In this document: one piece after another, positions 1-9,730 of the stretch
How positions within the stretch are numbered: the first letter of the stretch is position 1
Layout: every line of letters starts with the position of its first letter
From: Candidatus Bilamarchaeaceae archaeon
Lineage (GTDB): Archaea; Micrarchaeota; Micrarchaeia; Anstonellales; Bilamarchaeaceae
Length of the DNA stretch: 64,000 nucleotides
Direction of reading: 5' to 3'
Assembly (NCBI GenBank): GCA_038870635.1
Contig: JAVZJR010000001.1
Span: forward strand, 74,797-138,796
Notes under the pieces: model-generated
What the model was told of the DNA's origin: nothing
The model's database searches: none
What the model saw: the letters and a program-made list of their open reading frames with translations, nothing else
Translations under genes and position numbers: made by a program

Positions 1-1
1 A

Positions 2-1012
2 CCTGCTTTAGAAGGGATGGATGTCACAAAACAGGAAGAAATTGATCTCAAGATGAGGGAGTTGGACGGTACAAAAGATAAAAGTAGATTGGGGGCTAAT
101 GCAATAGTTGCGACTTCAATGGCTGTTTTGAGAGCGGCAGCAGCAGTAAATAATCAACCTCTATACAAGTACATTGGTGGAAGTAAATTACCTATAGCAA
201 TGTTTAATGTTATCAATGGAGGAAAACACGCTGGTGGAAAACTAGCAATTCAGGAATTTTTAATAATACCAAAAGGAAAAACTTTTTCAGAAAGATTACA
301 AGCTGCAAGTGAAATATATCATACTTTAGGAAAATATTTAGAAAAGAAATATGGGCCATCGGCACGAAATGTTGGTGATGAAGGAGGATACGCACCTCAA
401 ATGAACAAAACTGACGATGCCCTTGATGCCCTTTCTTATGCTGTTGAAGAAGCAGGATATGAAAAAGAATGTAGCCTGGCGATAGATGCAGCCGCCTCTT
501 CTTTTTATGATAGCGAAAAAGACAAATATATTTTAGATGAGGTAGCGATGGATAGTAAAGAATTATTGGAATTTTATAAAGAACTTGTAAGAGTATACAA
601 AGTAGAATCAATAGAAGACCCATTCCACGAAGAAGCATACGAAGATTTTGCAGCTTTAACCAAAGCAGTAGGAAAAAATGTTCAGATAGTAGGTGATGAT
701 TTATTAGTTACAAATATAGAAAGAATAAAAGAAGCTATCGCTCAAAAAGCAGTAACTGCTCTACTTCTAAAAATAAACCAAATAGGAACTGTGAGTGAAG
801 CATTAGAAGCAGCAAATCTTTGCAAAGAGAATGGGTTAAATATTATTGTAAGCCACCGCTCAGGTGAAACTGAAGATAATTTTATTGCAGATTTTGCTGT
901 TGGGATAAATGCAGGCCAGATAAAAACAGGTGCGCCTGCGAGAGGGGAAAGAACAGCAAAGTATAATCAACTACTGAGAATAGAAGAAAGCATAAGAGTG
1001 GAAGCTGAATAA
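2..1012 (+). CDS. eno: Enolase (5' end outside window)
   Basis: LGANAI, NVINGGKHA, VGDEGG, IEDPF, VGDDLLVTN, SHRSGETED and IKTGAPARGER enolase motifs; the frame is open to the window edge. Confidence 0.97.
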   Translation, partial: PALEGMDVTKQEEIDLKMRELDGTKDKSRLGANAIVATSMAVLRAAAAVNNQPLYKYIGGSKLPIAMFNVINGGKHAGGKLAIQEFLIIPKGKTFSERLQAASEIYHTLGKYLEKKYGPSARNVGDEGGYAPQMNKTDDALDALSYAVEEAGYEKECSLAIDAAASSFYDSEKDKYILDEVAMDSKELLEFYKELVRVYKVESIEDPFHEEAYEDFAALTKAVGKNVQIVGDDLLVTNIERIKEAIAQKAVTALLLKINQIGTVSEALEAANLCKENGLNIIVSHRSGETEDNFIADFAVGINAGQIKTGAPARGERTAKYNQLLRIEESIRVEAE

Positions 1013-1014
1013 AA

Positions 1015-1650
1015 ATGAGCAACATAGAAATGATAAATTATTTGAAAAGCATAGGTGCGATAAAGAGCAAGAAAGTTGAGGAAGCATTTCGAGCAGTTGA
1101 TCGTGCGTTATTTACTCAAAGAAATTACAATGGCTCGGCGTATATGGATTACCCTATTCCAATAACAGATGGACAAACAATATCTGCTCCCAGCATTGTT
1201 GCCATAATGCTTGAATTACTCGAACTAGACGAAGGGCACAAAGTTCTTGAAATTGGAAGTGGTTCAGGATATAACACTGTTCTTCTTTCTTATCTTGTAG
1301 GTGAAAAAGGTTTAGTTGTATCAATAGAATATCTTAATTCTTTATATGAAATAGCAAAGGAAAATATAAGCAAATTTTCTTTTTGTAAAAATGTAAAACT
1401 AATAAATGGTGATGGAAGCGAAGGCTATCCCCCTAATGCACCATACGATAGAATAATCGTTACAGCGGCCATGCCTTATCTAAAAAATCATCCTTTAGTA
1501 AAACAATTAAAGAAAAATGGCATATTGGTTGCACCAGTAGGCAATAGATATTGGCAAGATTTAGTAGTATACAAGAATAACGAAGAAATTCATGTACTAC
1601 CAGTTGCATTTGTGCCCTTAAGAGGGAAATATGGATGGCAAGATTTTTAA
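1015..1650 (+). CDS. pcm: Protein-L-isoaspartate O-methyltransferase
   Basis: GQTISAP, VLEIGSGSGY, GDGSEG, APYDRIIVTAA and FVPL motifs. Confidence 0.95.
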   Translation: MSNIEMINYLKSIGAIKSKKVEEAFRAVDRALFTQRNYNGSAYMDYPIPITDGQTISAPSIVAIMLELLELDEGHKVLEIGSGSGYNTVLLSYLVGEKGLVVSIEYLNSLYEIAKENISKFSFCKNVKLINGDGSEGYPPNAPYDRIIVTAAMPYLKNHPLVKQLKKNGILVAPVGNRYWQDLVVYKNNEEIHVLPVAFVPLRGKYGWQDF

Positions 1651-1671
1651 GTTGAGCAAATAAGTGATGAT

Positions 1672-2019
1672 ATGAAAATGATTTTAATGATAGTTATTCC
1701 GTTCATCCTGTTAGGAGGATGTTGTGGAATAACAGATGTAAACCCAAATTGTCCGTACAGTACGTATGGTAGCGCATGTAGTGACATTTGTGCAAAAATT
1801 GGCGGACAAAAACCAAACTGCTTTTCAGAATGTATCTCACTCGTAAAAGCAGAAGGCTTAGGAGATGCTACAACATGCTGCAAAAAAACATTTAGCGACT
1901 GGTGTAGCGAAACGTGCAAAGAAACAACATATTTTCCTTTTGATGAATGTATGAAAGAATGCAATGAGCAATATGCTGCATTAGGGATATCGCCAACCTC
2001 TTGTTACGTTCCAATATGA
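1672..2019 (+). CDS. Cys-rich secreted protein or lipoprotein, unknown function
   Basis: Hydrophobic signal ending LLGG-CC; 14 Cys in 115 aa. Confidence 0.7.
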   Translation: MKMILMIVIPFILLGGCCGITDVNPNCPYSTYGSACSDICAKIGGQKPNCFSECISLVKAEGLGDATTCCKKTFSDWCSETCKETTYFPFDECMKECNEQYAALGISPTSCYVPI

Positions 2020-2043
2020 TAAGAAAGTGTAGAAAAAATGCAT

Positions 2044-2310
2044 GTTTTGCCCAGAAAACAGAAGCAATGTAAGAATATGTTCTAGTTGTAGGATATTTAG
2101 CCGCTGATGAAGCGAGCATAAGAAGACTGCCTTCCGCTTCATCTATCATAAAACCGCACGTTTTGCCCAGAAAACAGAAGCAATGTAAGAATATGTTCTA
2201 GTTGTAGGATATTTAGCCGCTGATGAAGCGAGCATAAGAAGACTGCCTTCCGCTTCATCTATCATAAAACCGCACGTTTTGCCCAGAAAACAGAAGCAAT
2301 GTAAGAATAT
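2044..2310. repeat. 116-bp perfect tandem repeat, about 2.3 copies
   Basis: Units start at 2044, 2160 and 2276 (GTTTTGCCCAGAAAAC...); each full unit has the inverted repeat GATGAAGCG...CGCTTCATC. Confidence 0.95.
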
Positions 2311-2325
2311 AGTAAGAAACAGAAA

Positions 2326-2416
2326 CGCCCCGGGGAGGACTTGAACCTCCGGCCTGCTGATGTCTATGATTAAAAACCATAACAGTCAGCCGCTCTACCA
2401 ACTGAGCTACCGAGGC
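2326..2416 (-). tRNA. tRNA-Asn(GTT) with an 18-nt intron at 37/38
   Basis: GCCTCGG-TA-GCTC-AGTTGGTA-GAGC-G-GCTGA-CTGTTA[TGGTTTTTAATCATAGAC]A-TCAGC...GGAGGTTCAAGTCCTCC-CCGGGGC-G; BHB central helix CTGT/ATAG. Confidence 0.95.
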
Positions 2417-2552
2417 AACGAGGTAGCGAAGTGATGAGACAGCAAATGCATGTCTCACGAACTGAGCTACCGAGGCAACGAGGTAGCGAAGTGCATTGAA
2501 CGAATCGTCGTTCAATCCAAACTGAGCTACCGAGGCAACGAGGTAGCGAAGT
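2400..2552 (-). repeat. CRISPR-like mini-array: three identical 33-bp repeats (each includes tRNA-Asn nt 1-17) and two unique 27-nt hairpin spacers
   Basis: AACTGAGCTACCGAGGCAACGAGGTAGCGAAGT at 2400, 2460 and 2520; spacers 2433-2459 and 2493-2519. Confidence 0.93.
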
Positions 2553-2576
2553 ATTTCTCATTTTTTATTCTAAATC

Positions 2577-2584
2577 ATTAAAAA
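2577..2584 (-). promoter_or_regulatory. Putative TATA box for the array plus tRNA-Asn transcript
   Basis: TTTTTAAT on the minus strand about 25 nt upstream of the outermost repeat. Confidence 0.45.
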
Positions 2585-2586
2585 CC

Positions 2587-4527
2587 TTATGTACACTTCC
2601 AAAGTGAAATTACTATGACTAACCAAAGCATAATGAAAAACAACATAACGAAGATTGCATAGAGCAATGGTTTTTTGTTGAGGTCAATCCAATTCCGTAT
2701 TCTTTCTTCTATTTTATCACCTTCTAGTGGCTTTTTGTAGGTAGTTTCTTCTTTTCGCTTCCATCTGAAAACAATAACAGAAAGCACAAAACCAATGAGC
2801 AATATTAACATAGTCCAAGTAAGATCAGGATATTTACATACTTCTGGAATAGGTGGGATTTCTTTTTTCATAATCTCTATTTTTATCATTCCTTGGCCTA
2901 CTACTCTACCGTGTTCGTAAAATGTAATTGGGATATTATAAATGCCTGGCTCCATATCTTTTGGTGCTTTTATAATAAATCGCAACCACCCTTCCTGCCC
3001 AGCAGAAAATGCACGACTTATTTCTTTATCAATAAAAAGGAATTGATATTTACCTATCTCAAAAGTAAGATTTTTGATCTCTGTTTCATTCTTATGATTT
3101 ACTATTTTAAGTGTGTAGTTCAACTCCTCCCCTTGATAAACTGAAATAGTAACATTATCCAACAGTTCAAGCTCAGGTTTGTTTATTATAAGATAGACGT
3201 TAGCAAGAGTGGAAGCGAGTAATGTTGTTGTAGCATTGCCGACACATTGAAGTACTCCTTCCTTCATCCTATTATAATCCAAAATATCAGTTGGAGGCAT
3301 TGAAACTACTACGGAACCTTTAACACTATCATTAGCTCCAAAGTTTGATCTTTCCAAAGAAACATAAGTATAATTTTCAAAATCACCGCGAACGTAGCAA
3401 TATGCATCTTTCAATGGAATTGTTGAATGTAAAACAAAATCTGCTTTACCATCCTTATCATAATTAATTTTTATGTAAATATCCTTCGGTATTATGGTGA
3501 GCTCCATAAAAGGAGGTTTTGGGGGAACAATAGGTTGATAATAAGGTATCCCTAAACCGCCACCTCCACCTGGTTTAGAGGGAGTAGTTGTTGTTACTCT
3601 AAATGAAACAGTATCATATGCCACATTACCAGTAGTATCATTTGCGTAAAGTGAAATGGTGTGAAGACCATCACGCAAACCCGTAAGTATGTATGCCGGT
3701 CCGCAGTTCGGCATATCGGTTTTAACTCCATCTAAAACATACCAACACTTTGTAATACCATCGTCATCAACCATAATGTAAGTAAATGGAATGCTTGATG
3801 TTGAGTACTCTTTACCGTTTTCAGGAGTGATTATTTTAACATAGGGGGGCACATCAGGCCCTATCCCATTTATAAAAATTGAGTAGTTTGCAGTTGGAGA
3901 ATCAGCAAAAAGAGTGACATTCTCGTATAGCGATGAAATTGCAGTATCCATGGTTGTAAAATCACTTCGCACAAGTCCGATCACAAGATAATTCACATCA
4001 ATAGTAATTTCAGTTCCAAGATCATCTGTTGCGTTTAAAACAGTAACATTAATTTCATTTAAAGATTGTGTTCTGTTCACAGAATAATTCCCTGCAAACC
4101 AACCGGTAAGACGAGAAAGTTTCCATCTCGAAGCAGAGGACATATCGACACTATTACTTATAAAAACATAGGGAATAGAGGGGTACCACGCACGAAAAGT
4201 AGAAATATCCAACGGAATATAGGCGCAACCAGACGGTTCAACACGTGTTATCTGAATGGGAAAATTAGTAAGCTGGATATAATCTCCGTCGTATCCATCT
4301 GCATAACAAAGAGAAATATATTTTCCCAATAGTTCAGATGGACTAGAAGCACATATACGAATATTGGCGTCAGGATTCTCTATGCTGTTATCAGCATAAG
4401 AAGTTGAATTATCATCATAGACAAGCGCCTGTAGTACAGTGCCATCATTGGCGCGCACAATAGCAATATCGTAGTATTGAGCAAAAGCAAATGAAAATAA
4501 AAATAAAAACAGGATGATTTTTCTCAT
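2587..4527 (-). CDS. Secreted, membrane-anchored surface glycoprotein with Ig-like domains
   Basis: Signal peptide (FSFAFA); Ig-like block PPYVKIITP...GLHTISLYANDTTGN; Gly/Pro/Thr linker; many NxS/T sequons; two C-terminal TM helices. Confidence 0.75.
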   Translation of the reverse strand: MRKIILFLFLFSFAFAQYYDIAIVRANDGTVLQALVYDDNSTSYADNSIENPDANIRICASSPSELLGKYISLCYADGYDGDYIQLTNFPIQITRVEPSGCAYIPLDISTFRAWYPSIPYVFISNSVDMSSASRWKLSRLTGWFAGNYSVNRTQSLNEINVTVLNATDDLGTEITIDVNYLVIGLVRSDFTTMDTAISSLYENVTLFADSPTANYSIFINGIGPDVPPYVKIITPENGKEYSTSSIPFTYIMVDDDGITKCWYVLDGVKTDMPNCGPAYILTGLRDGLHTISLYANDTTGNVAYDTVSFRVTTTTPSKPGGGGGLGIPYYQPIVPPKPPFMELTIIPKDIYIKINYDKDGKADFVLHSTIPLKDAYCYVRGDFENYTYVSLERSNFGANDSVKGSVVVSMPPTDILDYNRMKEGVLQCVGNATTTLLASTLANVYLIINKPELELLDNVTISVYQGEELNYTLKIVNHKNETEIKNLTFEIGKYQFLFIDKEISRAFSAGQEGWLRFIIKAPKDMEPGIYNIPITFYEHGRVVGQGMIKIEIMKKEIPPIPEVCKYPDLTWTMLILLIGFVLSVIVFRWKRKEETTYKKPLEGDKIEERIRNWIDLNKKPLLYAIFVMLFFIMLWLVIVISLWKCT

Positions 4528-4542
4528 AGGCGCACCTGCACA

Positions 4543-6231
4543 CTATGGCACTAAAAGTTTTTTGAGTATGGTAAACACCTCATACAACCAATCATAAATA
4601 CCTTCTACATAGTCTTTGTTGACTATCTGTTTATTATTTACCCATCCTGGATCAGCACAACTTCTATCTGTAACGTTAAGTGTCTTTGTTATATCAAAAC
4701 CTGTTCCATAAGCACGTACTTCAATAGAATAATTACCGATGTTTTTTTCCAGTATTGGTCCTTTAACAGGATCATTATAAAATTTGTTGCAAGTAGGTAT
4801 CACTGCAAGAATCACTTGACCACTACTATTACTATGCACTACACCTATAGAATAGCTTTTAACACTATGATTGTAAGAACCATCATTATAAACTTGGGCA
4901 GGCGTGAAAGGATTAAGACCATTTATTTCCTTAAGTTCAAATGTAGCATCATTTATAATATTCCCATCAGAATCATTCACATACATAGTAACATTATAAG
5001 CTCTTCCAGCATACTCAAAAGTATCGTTCTCTATCCCATCAATAAAAACGTGAATTTGATAGGTTTTTATTACTGTTAGTGTATTTGTAGCGGTTCTGTT
5101 CTCATTGCATTCTACTATTTGGTCAAGAGGATCAACTATTGCTGTAAAAGTATAAGTGCCGCTTCTGCTGGTATTGGAAAAGTTTATACTTCTTTGAATA
5201 GAAGCACCTGGCCCAAAATCCTCTGTTATCGTCCAGTTTGTCTGATTAATAAAACCAGTTGGACCACTTATATTTAATGTGAGTCTAAAATTAGTTGTTA
5301 TATTAACATTTCCAGTATTAGTTAAAGTAATCGTTACATTAGTGCTATTATTTGGATAGATTGAACTCGGATTAACACTCACAGTTGGTGTTATGTCAGC
5401 TCCAATGCAAATCGGACCGTAACCAAGGCCATTAACAACTACATAACGCCTATAGACGACCTGATCACTTGTGGGCATATTCAGAGAAAGTTGAACAGGC
5501 AATTGAGCAGAGCTATTCACTAAAACAGCGTCTGAACAACTCGCTCCGTAATCATCACTGCACAAAGCTATTAGAATGCTCCTGCCCACACTGCTGTTTA
5601 AACCAGATTTAGAATCAGAAGGCGAAATGGAAACACTTTCACCTGTAGAACGAATCATATTTATACTAGTAACCGTTGCGGTTACATTTCCAGTTAATTG
5701 ATTAAACGAACTTGTGTTGAGTGGCACTGTATAACTGCCGCCCAACCAGCCGTCAGAATAATTTAGAAAAACAAAAGATGGCGAGCTTCCATCGCCGTTA
5801 TCAGAATATAAAACATGAATTCTACCTGGAAAAGCAGAAACAAAGACAGGTGGAGTTTTTGCAAAATCTTTGAATTGTGGAAATGCAAAGGCATCAAGAG
5901 GTGTATAATAACAACCACCGCCATCATTTAACGAAGTGTAGACAAGGCTAAGAGCAGCGCCATTAGTAAGATTCCAACTTACAAGATAATAACGATAGGT
6001 GCCGCCAACGTTTGCTGCGTAGGTTACGCCGATGTATTTTTGTCCAACTCCGCACAATTTTATGCTAAAATCAGGATTTCCAACATTATCTATATACATG
6101 TAAGTACCGTCGTTATAAACATCTGCGAGGGATACATTTTGGACGGCTAGAGAGCTGTTTATTATTTGAGCAGTTTGGCTAAACGCAAAAGAAACAAATA
6201 ATAAAAACAAAAATAACCTCTTCATAATCAC
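4543..6231 (-). CDS. Secreted surface protein with a CARDB-like domain
   Basis: Signal peptide; TITLTNTGN...GTYTFTAIVDPLDQIVECNENR CARDB-like motif; many sequons. Confidence 0.75.
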   Translation of the reverse strand: MIMKRLFLFLLFVSFAFSQTAQIINSSLAVQNVSLADVYNDGTYMYIDNVGNPDFSIKLCGVGQKYIGVTYAANVGGTYRYYLVSWNLTNGAALSLVYTSLNDGGGCYYTPLDAFAFPQFKDFAKTPPVFVSAFPGRIHVLYSDNGDGSSPSFVFLNYSDGWLGGSYTVPLNTSSFNQLTGNVTATVTSINMIRSTGESVSISPSDSKSGLNSSVGRSILIALCSDDYGASCSDAVLVNSSAQLPVQLSLNMPTSDQVVYRRYVVVNGLGYGPICIGADITPTVSVNPSSIYPNNSTNVTITLTNTGNVNITTNFRLTLNISGPTGFINQTNWTITEDFGPGASIQRSINFSNTSRSGTYTFTAIVDPLDQIVECNENRTATNTLTVIKTYQIHVFIDGIENDTFEYAGRAYNVTMYVNDSDGNIINDATFELKEINGLNPFTPAQVYNDGSYNHSVKSYSIGVVHSNSSGQVILAVIPTCNKFYNDPVKGPILEKNIGNYSIEVRAYGTGFDITKTLNVTDRSCADPGWVNNKQIVNKDYVEGIYDWLYEVFTILKKLLVP

Positions 6232-7847
6232 ACCATCGATAATGACTTACCAACATTTACTAAAACCGCATTAATATTTTGTAAAGATGACGCAAGAGCA
6301 ACATACAGACTATCACTCATATCCTTCTCATCACTGCCAGGTTCTTTTAGTAAAGGATCAACATCAAGTTCATAACTACCTATAGTTCCTCCACTATAAG
6401 ATATTAAAACTTTTATGTTTGCATTGTTGTTGTATTTAGTAGGAATTATAACAATAGATTCGTTACTATAAAACACTTTTTTACTAACATATAAATCCTT
6501 TTCTGGTTGGAGAGGTGAAAATATTATTAAACCATCATTTTCGCTGAAATCAAGAGTTGCGTTCACTACCTCGCCTGTGTTGCTATCGTTAACTGTTATA
6601 TTAAGAACATTTATCGCAGCGGATTTAAGACGAATAGATGAATTATGTGCGATACTCCCATTGGTATAAACAGTTATATTTTTCTCCCGCACTTTCTTTT
6701 GAGTTACCCATTTACTAGCGATTAATGCAAGCGCATTCATATTTTGAGTTGCTGCTTTTACTTGACTGGCATAATTGCTATTCACTAGAGAAGAACGATA
6801 AGTCGGAGTAAGTGAAGCATAACTAGCTATTGAAAGATTTTGCCTACAATAAAAACCATTAGAAACCTCTAAATAAATGCTATAGTTATACTCATCGGGT
6901 ATGTTATAGCGAGAGGGCGTTAACACGAAGGTCGCCATACCACTCTCGTTTGTTTTTGCTACTCCATAACCTAAAAATTTTCTTGCAGCATCAATTATGG
7001 GATAAAAGATACTTCGTCCGTTCTCTTCAACTGCACGAATACTTGCATTTTCAACTATGTTTTGATTTTCATCTCGCACTTGGGCAACAACTTTATAAGG
7101 TACTCCAGTTTTTGGAAAAGTTGTTGTTTGGACATCATCTATCCACACAGTTATATTACACTCTTTTTGACCATAAATGTAAAAGTAGTAGTTCTCCAAA
7201 TACGGAACCATAAACTCAAAATCAAAATAGGTGCCATTGTAACCTTCTAAACTTTCTATTGTACTTATGAAAAGCGGTTCTACGACACTACCGTTGTCAA
7301 ACTTTAAAACACCCATTTTTGTATTGTTTTTGAGAACAATGTAAGGACAAACAAATGGTAATTGATAGATATAGCAGGTAGTAGTGAGGAATGGTGAAAA
7401 AGTCATTAATGGACTTTCTATATATTTACTATAATTAGCCATACCTGAGAATGCAACAAAGGTGCTAAACATTCCGCTCTCGTTAAAATCAGATTGCACA
7501 GGAGAGTAAATATAAGCTGGATCAGGTTTAACAGATAAACGCGTAAGCAACAAAGTGGTATTATAAAAAGAAGCATAAGAACCATTTGGCTCATTATAAT
7601 AAATAATATTATTAGTTACGTTTTGCTCAGAAACTGGAAGGTTCAAATCAGCTATTGTACTTCCATTAAGCCTGCCCACCACACCAGCCCAATATGAAGA
7701 AAGTTGAGTAGCGTTTATTAAAACCATAGTTATGTTCCCGCCGGAAGATATGACCGCGGCTTGCGAGAAGACACAAGGTGAGAATAGAAGTAGCAAAATG
7801 AAAATTAAAAGTAGTGAGGATAGCAACTGAGACTGCCCTAAATGCAT
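6228..7847 (-). CDS. Secreted surface protein, first gene of the surface operon
   Basis: Signal peptide; GGNIT...YWAGVVG N-terminal motif; shares a domain with the downstream gene. Confidence 0.7.
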   Translation of the reverse strand: MHLGQSQLLSSLLLIFILLLLFSPCVFSQAAVISSGGNITMVLINATQLSSYWAGVVGRLNGSTIADLNLPVSEQNVTNNIIYYNEPNGSYASFYNTTLLLTRLSVKPDPAYIYSPVQSDFNESGMFSTFVAFSGMANYSKYIESPLMTFSPFLTTTCYIYQLPFVCPYIVLKNNTKMGVLKFDNGSVVEPLFISTIESLEGYNGTYFDFEFMVPYLENYYFYIYGQKECNITVWIDDVQTTTFPKTGVPYKVVAQVRDENQNIVENASIRAVEENGRSIFYPIIDAARKFLGYGVAKTNESGMATFVLTPSRYNIPDEYNYSIYLEVSNGFYCRQNLSIASYASLTPTYRSSLVNSNYASQVKAATQNMNALALIASKWVTQKKVREKNITVYTNGSIAHNSSIRLKSAAINVLNITVNDSNTGEVVNATLDFSENDGLIIFSPLQPEKDLYVSKKVFYSNESIVIIPTKYNNNANIKVLISYSGGTIGSYELDVDPLLKEPGSDEKDMSDSLYVALASSLQNINAVLVNVGKSLSMV

Positions 7848-7905
7848 GCCTAATAGAAAGAATTTAAATATATAAATTTATCGTTTTTCTTCATCGTTCT
7901 ACGTT

Positions 7906-8946
7906 TTAATCTTTAAGCTTTCTGCGATACTTTATATAGGTTGAGTAGTCGATGTATATTTTATTATTTATATAATCTTGAGTTTTAGTAGCAAGCTCCT
8001 TTACTTCTTCTATTTTATCAGTAACTGATATGACAAAAGAATCGCTTCCAGCACCGCTGCCAAAAGAAGTAGCTAGTATTTTGTCTCCTGGTTTAGCAAC
8101 ATCAAGAATGGCACTTAAACCAAGCGGCACTGCTCCAGAGTAAGTATTTCCTATATAAGGAGTGAGCAAACCTGTTCTCAGTTTTTCTTTTGGTATGCCA
8201 AGCTTCTCAGCAAGTTGTACAGGAAATTTAGCATTTGGTTGATGGAAAACAACATAATCGAAATCTTCTAATTTTAAACCTGTTTTTTCAAGAATTCCTT
8301 TTGTTGCTCCAGTGACGTGTTTAAAATAGGCTGGCGCACCGGTAAATCTTCCGCCATGGCTTGGGTAATCTGCCTTTTGTCTTCTCCAAAAATCAGGAGT
8401 ATCTGTTGTAAAAGAAAATGTGCTCTCAATTATAGCAACAGATTCGCTATTTTTACCAAATATAAAAGCTGCCCCTCCTGAACCTGCACTGTATTCAAGT
8501 GCATCGCCAGGTCTTCCCTGTGCGGTATCTGCACCTATAGACATCCCGTACTTTATTAGACCACTATCAACTAAACCAATGCACATCTGAAAGCCAGCAG
8601 TCCCTGCTTTACATGCAAACTCTAAATCAGCTGCTGTACTATTTGGAACCGCGCCTATTGCCTCGGCTACTATAGAAGCAGTTGGTTTAACAGCATAAGG
8701 GTGGCTTTCACTTCCAACGTAAATCGCACCTAAATCCGCTGGCTTTATTCTCGCACGCTTCATTGCATTTCTTGCGGCTTCAACTGCGATAGTTGCCGCG
8801 TCCTCATCGACTTTCCCAACTGCCTTTTCTTTTATTCCGAGACCATTTTCTATTCTCTCTGGTTCTTCTCCCCAAACTTTCGCGATTTCGCTTGTTTTTA
8901 TTCTGTAAATTGGAATGTATGCACCATAACCAACAATTCCTGCCAT
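7906..8946 (-). CDS. Hydroxymethylglutaryl-CoA synthase (archaeal type)
   Basis: [34 protein letters not shown] and SFGSGAGSD motifs. Confidence 0.95.
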   Translation of the reverse strand: MAGIVGYGAYIPIYRIKTSEIAKVWGEEPERIENGLGIKEKAVGKVDEDAATIAVEAARNAMKRARIKPADLGAIYVGSESHPYAVKPTASIVAEAIGAVPNSTAADLEFACKAGTAGFQMCIGLVDSGLIKYGMSIGADTAQGRPGDALEYSAGSGGAAFIFGKNSESVAIIESTFSFTTDTPDFWRRQKADYPSHGGRFTGAPAYFKHVTGATKGILEKTGLKLEDFDYVVFHQPNAKFPVQLAEKLGIPKEKLRTGLLTPYIGNTYSGAVPLGLSAILDVAKPGDKILATSFGSGAGSDSFVISVTDKIEEVKELATKTQDYINNKIYIDYSTYIKYRRKLKD

Positions 8947-8950
8947 TATT

Positions 8951-9682
8951 TCACCTTTTCTTTACTCTTGTTTTTTTCATCGTTGGAGTTTCTGTTTCTT
9001 TTGGTGTTTCTCTTTTTTTGCTAAAGAAAAACAAGGCAAGGACCGCCAACAACAAAAGCATAAATACACCAATCATTAAACTTGTATTTGGCTGTATACT
9101 CTTTATTATGATTGGTTCCCCCTTAGCATAGGCTTCGGATAATGTAAAGGAAACAGAATTACCATTTTTGCTTCCTATTGTTGTGGATACGACATCACCA
9201 GGCATAACAACAACGTATAATATATCTCCGCTGTTTCTCAAAAAATTAGACAGTGCAGTGTCCTTTTTATTGAGTATAGTGGGCTCTGTCTCTATAGAGT
9301 ACACAGATTCACCGGCCTCTTTTAGCAATTCTTGATTTTTCTTTGTGAAAATCTCGGTAGGAATTGCCTTTAATTCAAGAGTAGAAGTTGTATACGGAAA
9401 ACCATAATCACTACTAAAAGAATAATAAATACTGCCTTTTTCGAGTGGTATGCTTATACTAAAGTTTTCCTTATCGATTGAACAAGAATAATCTGTTTTT
9501 TTACTGCATATTTCAGCTATTTTTTCATAATCGACAGCACCAAGAACAGCAGTTTTTGTTTTAAAAGTTATAATTGCACTTCCATCCCCCATCTGAGTGT
9601 GAATATATTGCTTGCTTATGGCCCCGCTAAAAAAGAGGCTGAAAAGCATAAATAAAACAAATAATGAAATCTTTCTCATCAA
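8951..9682 (-). CDS. Hypothetical exported protein with a C-terminal TM anchor
   Basis: N-terminal signal; C-terminal hydrophobic helix followed by a basic tail. Confidence 0.65.
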   Translation of the reverse strand: MMRKISLFVLFMLFSLFFSGAISKQYIHTQMGDGSAIITFKTKTAVLGAVDYEKIAEICSKKTDYSCSIDKENFSISIPLEKGSIYYSFSSDYGFPYTTSTLELKAIPTEIFTKKNQELLKEAGESVYSIETEPTILNKKDTALSNFLRNSGDILYVVVMPGDVVSTTIGSKNGNSVSFTLSEAYAKGEPIIIKSIQPNTSLMIGVFMLLLLAVLALFFFSKKRETPKETETPTMKKTRVKKR

Positions 9683-9730
9683 ATCACCGATTACATATTG
9701 AAAATCGCAAATTAAAAAACTTTGTTTCTT

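Noticed and set aside
2100..2150. Hammerhead ribozyme or C/D-box RNA (CTGATGA in the 116-bp unit)
   Set aside because: No GAAA core after the following stem and no properly placed D box; the motif is part of a simple inverted repeat
2400..2552. Canonical CRISPR array
   Set aside because: Only three repeats, the repeat is tRNA-derived, the spacers are self-complementary, and no cas genes are in the window; reported as CRISPR-like instead
1892..2561. ORFs 1892-2149, 2255-2515 and 2370-2561 (minus strand)
   Set aside because: They are translations of the repeats and the tRNA, with no protein-like features
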